Assembly (NCBI GenBank): GCA_030608005.1
Contig: JAUWIX010000002.1
Span: forward strand, 817 to 64,816
Reading direction: 5' to 3'
DNA: 64,000 nucleotides
From: Dehalococcoidia bacterium
Lineage (GTDB): Bacteria; Chloroflexota; Dehalococcoidia; Dehalococcoidales; BS750m-G39
In this document: positions 36,871-43,256 of the stretch, piece by piece
Layout: the number at the start of each line of letters is the position of its first letter
Position numbering within the stretch: position 1 is the stretch's first letter
The notes under the pieces: model-generated
What the model was told of the DNA's origin: nothing
Databases searched by the model: none
What the model saw: only the letters and a program-made list of their open reading frames with translations
Made by a program: the position numbers and the translations under genes

Positions 36871-37263
36871 TTAATGCAGGCGCTCCATCAGGTTGGTCAG
36901 TTCGCCAGCTATATATAGTTGCACTGCTTGGTCAATGCTTTCTACATCGGTGACAATAGGCTCAATATTGTAGCTTTTCATGCTTTCATAGGCTCCCCAG
37001 CCCATCCCCCCGGCAAGGAGAACCTGGCAGTCAGAGATAGTCTCGGCCATGCTTTGATGCCTCGTCGGTGAGTCGGCGTGGTAGCCATGGCGCTCACCGG
37101 GGGCTAAATCAGGGTGGGAGGCAAAGCTGTGGTGCCCGCTCTTGGCTCGGGTCTCCTTATTCACAATTTCGCCCTCTTCCACTGTAACCACTACATAGAG
37201 AGACGCCCGACCGAAGTGCTGGCTGATAGTCTTTCCATCATCAGATATAGCTGCAATTTTCAT
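36871..37263 (-). CDS. NifX/NifB-C-terminal-like (dinitrogenase FeMo-cofactor-binding fold, MTH1175-like) protein
   Basis: It reads MKIAAISDDGKTISQHFGRA...CQVLLAGGMGWGAYESMKSYNIEPIV, the characteristic pattern of this family. Confidence 0.75.
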   Translation of the reverse strand: MKIAAISDDGKTISQHFGRASLYVVVTVEEGEIVNKETRAKSGHHSFASHPDLAPGERHGYHADSPTRHQSMAETISDCQVLLAGGMGWGAYESMKSYNIEPIVTDVESIDQAVQLYIAGELTNLMERLH

Positions 37264-37324
37264 CTGGTCTCCTTTGAGGTGTAAGTAAAGGTAAGCACTG
37301 CTGACATGAGATAACTGAGGGGAA

Positions 37325-37555
37325 TTATGCCCTTACCATCTTTGTGCCGCACTGGGGGCAGCTCAGACTATAGCAGGGAGCTCCTACTTGGTGAGGGAGC
37401 GTGGCGCCACAGTTGGGGCAAACACAATTTCCGCTTGGGCCGGCTCCGGGGCGGGTTCCTCCCATCCTGCCACCCCCCCTTCCCCCTCGGCCAATGCCTC
37501 CCCCTCTTCCTGCACCGCCACCCGGGGGCGGACCAGTTCTGTCTCCTCTAGGCAT
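37325..37555 (-). CDS. Gly/Arg-rich protein with C-terminal C4 zinc ribbon (DUF5320-type N-terminus)
   Basis: It reads MPRGDRTGPPPGGGAGRGGGIGRGGRGGGRMGG...CVCPNCGATLPHQVGAPCYSLSCPQCGTKM. Confidence 0.6.
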   Translation of the reverse strand: MPRGDRTGPPPGGGAGRGGGIGRGGRGGGRMGGTRPGAGPSGNCVCPNCGATLPHQVGAPCYSLSCPQCGTKMVRA

Positions 37556-37571
37556 GAAACACCTCCAACTC

Positions 37572-37796
37572 TTACTCCATTGGCGGCAGCCCGCAAACGC
37601 CCGAGGTGCAGGTGGGACAACTAATCTCTGAAGACTCAGTTGTTCTTGAACTCGGGCTAAAGAAAGGGGAGAGAAGTCTTCTCGGATTTTTTGTCTTGCA
37701 CTTAGGACACTCTAACTTAGAGCCATCCTCCCCAATAGATTGACGGACTTCAAACTTCTCTCCGCACTGGGGGCACTGGTATTCATAGAGTGGCAT
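37572..37796 (-). CDS. FmdB-family zinc-ribbon protein
   Basis: MPLYEYQCPQCGEKFEV...CPKCKT is the canonical FmdB/CxxC-CxxC ribbon. It has a Cys-rich tail, CPTCTSGVCG. Confidence 0.7.
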   Translation of the reverse strand: MPLYEYQCPQCGEKFEVRQSIGEDGSKLECPKCKTKNPRRLLSPFFSPSSRTTESSEISCPTCTSGVCGLPPME

Positions 37797-37800
37797 GGTA

Positions 37801-38427
37801 TTACTCCCCTCGCTTTTCTAGCTCTTCAATGTGGCGCTGCATCTCAGCTAATTGTTGCATTAGCATCTGTGATTGTGCCTTGAGTGTCTCTAGCTCCTGC
37901 TCCGGGCTTGACGGCTGGGGTGCCGGTTCAGTCATAGGCATCATCTCTGCTCCCATGCCCATTCCTCTACCCATACCCATGCCGCGCCCCATACCTCGCC
38001 CCATGCCCATTCCTCTACCCATGCCCATACCAGAGCCCATGCCCATACCAGAGCCCATGCCCGGTCCTACACCGAAGTGAGCTCCTACACTAGGCTGTGC
38101 AGTAGCCTGTGATTGTCCCGATTTATAGGTTTGGATAGCATCACTGATTTTCCCAGAAAGGCCGGTGATTATCTGAACCCCGGCTGCTGACAATACCTGG
38201 TAGGCATTGGGACCACAGTTGCCTGTAATCACCACTTGCACCCCTTTGCTGACAATCATCTGGGCGGTGGAAATACCAGCCCCACCCCCTGCCATAACAT
38301 TGGGGTTCTCCATAGATTCGTATTGCATTGTCTCCGGGTCGGCAATGATAAAATACTGACATCTACCAAAACGAGGGTCTATATCAGCATCCAGAGTTGG
38401 ACCTGTAGCCGAAATAGCAATTCTCAT
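37801..38427 (-). CDS. NifX/MTH1175-like domain fused to a (G-M-G/R)n repeat and a DUF5320-type C-terminal helix
   Basis: The N-terminus is MRIAISATGPTLDADIDPRFGRCQYF...VVITGNCGPNAYQVL. It is followed by GMGSGMGMGSGMGMGRGMGMGRGMGRGMGMGRGMGMG and then PEQELETLKAQSQMLMQQLAEMQRHIEELE. Confidence 0.75.
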   Translation of the reverse strand: MRIAISATGPTLDADIDPRFGRCQYFIIADPETMQYESMENPNVMAGGGAGISTAQMIVSKGVQVVITGNCGPNAYQVLSAAGVQIITGLSGKISDAIQTYKSGQSQATAQPSVGAHFGVGPGMGSGMGMGSGMGMGRGMGMGRGMGRGMGMGRGMGMGAEMMPMTEPAPQPSSPEQELETLKAQSQMLMQQLAEMQRHIEELEKRGE

Positions 38428-38430
38428 AAC

Positions 38431-38754
38431 TTACCCCTTTGTCCCTAACTCACGCATTCGGGACTCAATTTGCTCCAGTTGGCTCTTTATAGTTTGGGCT
38501 TGATTCTTCAGGAAGTCAAATTCCTGCTCGGGGGTCATCTGTGGGGTGGGAGATATAGTCCCAGGAGCGGTTGTTGGCGCTCCATAAAATGGGTATGGTA
38601 TTCCTGCACCGTAATATGGATAGCCGTATCCCATCCTCGGAGGAATCCCATACGCACGAGGAGCTGCACCTATTCCCCAAGGGCTGCAGAATCCCCTACC
38701 TCCTCCTGTCATTGGTCCCATTCCTCTAGGACCCATTCCATCAAATCCTGGCAT
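38431..38754 (-). CDS. DUF5320-type low-complexity protein (paralog B)
   Basis: It has the N-terminus MPGFDGMGPRGMGPMTGGGRGFC, a Tyr/Pro/Gly-rich middle region and the C-terminal helix TPEQEFDFLKNQAQTIKSQLEQIESRMRELG. Confidence 0.7.
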   Translation of the reverse strand: MPGFDGMGPRGMGPMTGGGRGFCSPWGIGAAPRAYGIPPRMGYGYPYYGAGIPYPFYGAPTTAPGTISPTPQMTPEQEFDFLKNQAQTIKSQLEQIESRMRELGTKG

Positions 38755-38784
38755 AATCCACCTCCTTCATCAATTGTACGATAA

Positions 38785-39111
38785 TTATTCTCCTGTCCCT
38801 AACTCATGCATTCGGGACTCAATCTGTTCCAGCTGGCTCTTTATAGTTTGGGCTTGATTCTTCAGGAAGTCAAGTTCCTGCTCAGGGGTCATCTGGGGGG
38901 TGAAAGGTGCAGTCTCAGGAGCGGTTACTGGTGCTCCATAAAATGGGGAAGGTGCTTGCATTGCTGGCCAGTAAGGCGCTGTATATAGTCCGGGATACCA
39001 GCACCTAGGCAATCCTCCTCTACCCAGACCAACATAAGGCCAGGACGGAGAAGCACCTCTGAAACCGAATCCCCTTCCTCCCCGAAATCCATAGCCAAAT
39101 CCATTGGGCAT
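38785..39111 (-). CDS. DUF5320-type low-complexity protein (paralog A)
   Basis: It has the N-terminus MPNGFGYGFRGGRGFGFRG, an aromatic/Pro-rich middle region and a C-terminal helix nearly identical to that of paralog B. Confidence 0.65.
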   Translation of the reverse strand: MPNGFGYGFRGGRGFGFRGASPSWPYVGLGRGGLPRCWYPGLYTAPYWPAMQAPSPFYGAPVTAPETAPFTPQMTPEQELDFLKNQAQTIKSQLEQIESRMHELGTGE

Positions 39112-39160
39112 AACATCACCTCCTATTATAAATGTTAAACTTGGCTCGGTTCAATGGCTA

Positions 39161-39394
39161 CTACCATCGGTAAGGGGTATAAGGTGGATAGTAGGCGCCA
39201 GAGTATGGGTAACCATATCCCATATAAGGAGTGGTTGCCGCATGCTGACCGGCATAAGGTGTTGCCCACCACCATCTTGGTAGCCAAGGGTAAAAGCGGC
39301 AGAAGGGATAAGGGTTACCCCTTCCCCATCCTAGACCACGTCCCCAGCCACGTCCCCAGCCACGTCCCCATCCAAACCAGCCTCTCCCTCTCAT
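39161..39394 (-). CDS. Gly/Trp/Arg-repeat, Tyr/Pro-rich small protein (77 aa)
   Basis: The ATG at 39394 follows the SD GAAGGTGA. The product is MRGRGWFGWGRGWGRGWGRGLGWGRGNPYPFCRFYPWLPRWWW...YYPPYTPYRW. The track start at 39496 lies upstream of the predicted promoter. Confidence 0.55.
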   Translation of the reverse strand: MRGRGWFGWGRGWGRGWGRGLGWGRGNPYPFCRFYPWLPRWWWATPYAGQHAATTPYMGYGYPYSGAYYPPYTPYRW

Positions 39395-39437
39395 TTTATC
39401 ACCTTCCCTTTGATATTCGCTTTTTCCTAGCAAAATT

Positions 39438-39480
39438 ATGAACTTATGTTCATAATAATACAGTAGGTTAAGTTTGTCAA
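39438..39480 (-). promoter_or_regulatory. Near-consensus promoter (TTGACA-17-TATTAT) with overlapping palindrome ATGAAC-N4-GTTCAT for the low-complexity/NifX-like operon
   Basis: On the minus strand the -35 is at 39480-39475 and the -10 at 39457-39452. A perfect 6-4-6 palindrome is at 39438-39453. Confidence 0.55.
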
Positions 39481-39502
39481 GTCTTTGGGACAACATCGCA
39501 AA

Positions 39503-39531
39503 TTGCGAATAAGACTCCTTGTTGCTATAAT
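39503..39531 (+). promoter_or_regulatory. Promoter for tRNA-Ala (TTGCGA-17-TATAAT)
   Basis: The -35 is at 39503-39508 and the -10 at 39526-39531. The tRNA begins 14 nt downstream. Confidence 0.5.
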
Positions 39532-39544
39532 ATCCTTAACAGGT

Positions 39545-39617
39545 GGGGCTGTAGCTCAGTTGGGAGAGTGCCTCCTTTGCACGGAGGAAGTCAGGGGTTC
39601 GAGTCCCCTCAGCTCCA
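39545..39617 (+). tRNA. tRNA-Ala (anticodon UGC)
   Basis: It folds as a cloverleaf. The acceptor stem is GGGGCUG/CAGCUCC with the G3:U70 alanine identity pair, and the anticodon loop is CUUUGCAC. The T-arm is GGGGUUCGAGUCCCC. CCA is not encoded. Confidence 0.95.
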
Positions 39618-39640
39618 CTTAGAGACTCAGTGGCAGGTAG

Positions 39641-40420
39641 ATGAGCAAGCTTATAGATGAATTGAGTCAGGTTTCACAGGTTGGGCTCCAGCCTATGGGG
39701 TTTAGGGCGGCGCAGGCGGTGCCACACAAGCCCAAGATGTTGCTCATTGCCAGTCTAGCTCAGGTCGATGTTGACCGTTTGGCTGATTGTGTGGCTGGGG
39801 CTGATGCCGGGCTGTTACAAATCCCCAAATCGAGTTCAGGGGTTAAAGCCCTTCAGGAAATATGTCAGGCGATGTCTGACATTCCTTGGGGTGGCTGGCT
39901 GAGGGATATCGGCAGGGAAAAAGGAATAAGGCAGATGGTGAAGGCTGGCTGTGATTTTGTGGTTTTCCCGGCAGCAAAGACATCGCTGGCAATACTTCAG
40001 GATGATGAGTTGGGCAAGATATTAGAGGTCGAGCCATTGCTCAACGAAGGCTTATTGAAAGCAGTCGATGACCTACCTATAGATGCTGTGCTTATTGCCA
40101 GTGAGCAAAGGAAGGATTATTTTCTTACTTGGCATCACCTCATGCTCTTTCGGCGTTGTGCCGACCTGTTTACTAAACCCTTGTTGGTCTCTGTGCCGTC
40201 AGGTGTGGTAGCCAACGAGCTTCAGGCTCTATGGGAAGTGGGGGTGGGTGGCGTGGTGGTGGAAGCCGGAATTGAACAGCCTGTGGGAAGATTAGCCGAG
40301 CTGCGCCAGACGATTGATAAACTGACCTTCCCGCCACCAGGCAAGCGGCGAAAAGCAGAGCCTTTGCTTCCTTATATTCGTGGAGAGACAGAAATAGTAT
40401 CTGAAGAGGAAGAAGAATAG
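39641..40420 (+). CDS. Hypothetical protein (259 aa, acidic EEEEE C-terminus)
   Basis: It is a long ORF with coding-like composition. No motif was recognised. The alternating beta/alpha-like pattern could indicate a TIM-barrel. Confidence 0.4.
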   Translation: MSKLIDELSQVSQVGLQPMGFRAAQAVPHKPKMLLIASLAQVDVDRLADCVAGADAGLLQIPKSSSGVKALQEICQAMSDIPWGGWLRDIGREKGIRQMVKAGCDFVVFPAAKTSLAILQDDELGKILEVEPLLNEGLLKAVDDLPIDAVLIASEQRKDYFLTWHHLMLFRRCADLFTKPLLVSVPSGVVANELQALWEVGVGGVVVEAGIEQPVGRLAELRQTIDKLTFPPPGKRRKAEPLLPYIRGETEIVSEEEEE

Positions 40421-40426
40421 GTAGCA

Positions 40427-41572
40427 TCAAGGGCTAGATTGTAATATTTGCCAGGATTTCCCTTCAGTGGTAATGGCAGGGGCAATTACCATCTCAACCT
40501 TGTGCATTTCCTGGATGTTAAATATGCCGCAGACGCCCATTGCAGTGCGAAGAGCCCCAATGAGGTTTTGGCTACCATCGGTAACCGAGGTAGGACCGAA
40601 TAGAATTTGCTCCAGTGTGCCAGTAGTCCCAACTTTTATCCGTGTTCCCCTGGGTAGTGCTAGGTGGGGATGGGACATACCCCAGTGATAACCTAGTCCT
40701 GGCGCCTCTTTGGCTTGGGCAAGAATGGAGCCTAGCATTACGGCGTCAGCACCGGCGGCGAAGGCTTTACATAAGTCACCACCCCTGCGGAAACCACCGT
40801 CGGTAATTATCGGCACATATCTTCCGGATTCTTTAAGGTATTGGTCTCTAGCTGCAGCACAATCTATCGTTGCCGTTACCTGGGGGACACCAACACCTAG
40901 CACTTCCCTAGTGGTGCAGGCTGCCCCTGGTCCTACCCCCACCAGAACCCCAGAGATTCCGGTTCTCATAAGCTCTAAACAGGCGCTGTAGCTTACACAA
41001 TTACCAGCAATTATGGGCATAGGTATGGATTGGCGAAGCTCGGGAAAGATTAGCCCCCGATAACTTTTGGATATATGCTTGGCAGAGGTAACCGTGGACT
41101 GGACGACAAAAATATCGGCCTTGGCTTCAGCAGCTATGGGAGCAAGGCGTTTGGTATTAGCCGGCGCCACTGAAACAGCGCATACCGCCCCTGACTTTTT
41201 AATTGCCTCAATTCGTTCGCCAATAAGGTTTTCCTTAATCGGCTCAGAATATACCTTTTGCAGTAAGGGGGTGACTTCAGCATCGGAAGCCTGAGCAATT
41301 TCAGCCAGAACCTCCTGGGGGTGAGCATACCGAGTTTGCACCCCTTCTAAATTGAGAACGGCAAGCCCTCCCAGCTTGCTCATCAGGATAGCCATGTTGA
41401 CATCGGTCACGGCATCCATTGCCGCTGCTAGGATAGGGGTGGAGAAGGTGAAGTTGTCTATCTTGAAATCAATATCTGTCTGGTCGGGATTGGTAGTTAT
41501 ATCTCCAGGGACAATAGCTACCTCATCAAATCCGTATGAACGCCGCAGTTGCTTAAATTCGGGTGTAGCCAT
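40427..41572 (-). CDS. IMP dehydrogenase-family protein without CBS domains (GuaB3-like)
   Basis: It has RRSYGFDEVAIVPGD at the N-terminus, GVLVGVGPGAACTTR and ITDGGFRRGGDLCKAFAAGADAVMLGS. The ATG at 41572 is preferred, because the track N-terminal extension runs into a repeat. Confidence 0.8.
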   Translation of the reverse strand: MATPEFKQLRRSYGFDEVAIVPGDITTNPDQTDIDFKIDNFTFSTPILAAAMDAVTDVNMAILMSKLGGLAVLNLEGVQTRYAHPQEVLAEIAQASDAEVTPLLQKVYSEPIKENLIGERIEAIKKSGAVCAVSVAPANTKRLAPIAAEAKADIFVVQSTVTSAKHISKSYRGLIFPELRQSIPMPIIAGNCVSYSACLELMRTGISGVLVGVGPGAACTTREVLGVGVPQVTATIDCAAARDQYLKESGRYVPIITDGGFRRGGDLCKAFAAGADAVMLGSILAQAKEAPGLGYHWGMSHPHLALPRGTRIKVGTTGTLEQILFGPTSVTDGSQNLIGALRTAMGVCGIFNIQEMHKVEMVIAPAITTEGKSWQILQSSP

Positions 41573-41726
41573 TTTGCTATCCTTCTTAAATTCGAACTCT
41601 AGCAGAAGCAGCGGTCTGAAGTCAAGAAACTTTAGTGAGATGTTTGGAAACCTATCCCCAGCCCCTCCCCCGTTTTTAGTTGTCTTTCCTCCCACTCTCC
41701 CACCCTCAGAGGCTTTTGCCCTCAAT

Positions 41727-41772
41727 TCCCTCTTTAATTGGGGTGTCTAAGGGAGGCGAAGCCCCCTTTATA
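41727..41772. repeat. GC-rich hairpin repeat module (ggggtgtctaag-ggaggcgaagccccc)
   Basis: It is homologous to 53463-53495 (ggggtgtctaagagggggcaaagccccctc). Confidence 0.7.
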
Positions 41773-41885
41773 TCTGCGCGATTTTTAATGAAGTCTTAAC
41801 AGCCATTTTAGGAGAAATAAATGTCAGCATCCTATGATGGAAGTATGCAGATGGAAAACTTGAGTCAAGAAGGCAGGAGTCAGGA

Positions 41886-42068
41886 ATGAGGGGCTTATTG
41901 ATATTGCTGGTCTGCCTTTTAACCTTATACGCACCGATAGAGTTGACCAGGGTAATAATCGTCTGGGGCTTATCTGGTCGTTTCATACTTGAGGTATGCT
42001 TTATGTGGTTCTTGTATGCCCTAGCTATATTTGTATTCTCAGCAGTAGTGCTTCGAAAGCACGTATAA
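41886..42068 (+). CDS. Possible small two-TM membrane peptide (60 aa)
   Basis: The product is hydrophobic (MRGLLILLVCLLTLYAPIEL...FMWFLYALAIFVFSAVVL). It lies in an AT-rich intergenic tract and has no clear SD. Confidence 0.25.
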   Translation: MRGLLILLVCLLTLYAPIELTRVIIVWGLSGRFILEVCFMWFLYALAIFVFSAVVLRKHV

Positions 42069-42097
42069 AGAATAGGTACAAATGTGTAGCTCAGGCT

Positions 42098-43240
42098 CTA
42101 ATACTGCCTGCGCCTCCGCAATACCACCACTAGCAAGATAGCCATACCGATGATGAGCACGCCGGCAGCAATACTAACTATGAGCAGCAGGTTGAAGGGT
42201 GCAGTAACAGCGGTTGGAGCCGCGACTTCTAGCTCCTCTTCCAAGCTTGTGGTGTATAGCTTTCCACCCACATAGAGTTCAGCTTGGAAGGTATAGGTAC
42301 CAGCTTCCCATCCCTGGGGTGGAGTGTACTCCCAGCTGCCTCCGATGTCGCCCAGACTCAGCTCGCTTAGTGAAAGGAGAGGAATCTCTTCCAAAGCTTC
42401 CCCGTCTAGGCTGACCTTGAGGACAAGCCCAACATCAGCCATTGGCTGGTATAAGTTACTTATCTGATAGACCACCTTGACGAAGGCAAGCTCGCCGGTT
42501 TCGGTATAGTAGTTGAGCACGATGCCGAAGTGGGCAAAGTAGACCGTCTTCACGGTGAGGGTGATGGTTTTTGTCTCACCGGCGGCTACATCAAAGAATT
42601 CCTCAGCTAACTTCTTGCCGCCAACGTAGGCTCTTGCTACATAGTGCCCTGGCGAGACCTTGACCTCTAGAATACCCGTATTGCTGAAAGCGAACTCGTT
42701 TTCCCTGCCATCAATGAGCTTGAACAGCCTTACCTCAGCTACCACCGGCTGACCATCAGGGCTAACCACCCTTGCTTCTACCAAGGCTGACTGCCCGGTC
42801 ACCGTCAGCTTTGCCCTCTGGGCAACGGCAGTACCTATAGCAATCCCCTCAACCTTCTCTGGTGCTGCCTCGGCACGGACTAGAAGCTGGTATTCACCAG
42901 GCACAGCATTCTCCCCAACCCTCACTGTTACATAAACCTTCATCTGCTCGCCTGGCTTCAGAGGGAACTCATCCTCTGAGAAAAGAGCCTCTACCCCAAA
43001 AGGGGCTTCAGAAGCCATTCTCACCTGCAAATCCCTGTCCCCTTCATTAAATACCACTACATAGATTGTTGAACCGCTTACCTCTGCCCCTTGTGGTATC
43101 TGAAACTGCTGCTGACCAAAGGTGCCTGACATGGCAAACCCACCCTGGGCATGAGCCACATTGCCAAGCAAAGACAAAACTAAAAGCAGCGCAAGGGGGG
43201 CTAAGAAAGCCCCCCTCTTGCCTAAAGTCACTAAACTCAA
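42098..43240 (-). CDS. Cell-surface protein: signal peptide, beta-rich ectodomain, C-terminal TM anchor with RRRRQY tail
   Basis: The N-terminus is LAPLALLLVLSLLGNVAHAQG. The C-terminus is LLLIVSIAAGVLIIGMAILLVVVLRRRRQY. The ectodomain has an Ig-like/CARDB-like strand periodicity. Confidence 0.6.
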   Translation of the reverse strand: MSLVTLGKRGAFLAPLALLLVLSLLGNVAHAQGGFAMSGTFGQQQFQIPQGAEVSGSTIYVVVFNEGDRDLQVRMASEAPFGVEALFSEDEFPLKPGEQMKVYVTVRVGENAVPGEYQLLVRAEAAPEKVEGIAIGTAVAQRAKLTVTGQSALVEARVVSPDGQPVVAEVRLFKLIDGRENEFAFSNTGILEVKVSPGHYVARAYVGGKKLAEEFFDVAAGETKTITLTVKTVYFAHFGIVLNYYTETGELAFVKVVYQISNLYQPMADVGLVLKVSLDGEALEEIPLLSLSELSLGDIGGSWEYTPPQGWEAGTYTFQAELYVGGKLYTTSLEEELEVAAPTAVTAPFNLLLIVSIAAGVLIIGMAILLVVVLRRRRQY

Positions 43241-43256
43241 AGCCTCAACTCCTTAA

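Noticed and set aside
37327-37631. Plus-strand ORFs (37327-37551, 37388-37624, 37401-37631) and the minus-strand ORF 37384-37620
   Set aside because: They are mirror or alternative frames of the Gly/Arg-rich low-complexity gene. Only the 37325-37555 minus frame yields the conserved MPRGD...CxxC...CxxC architecture, although expression of that gene is itself unproven.
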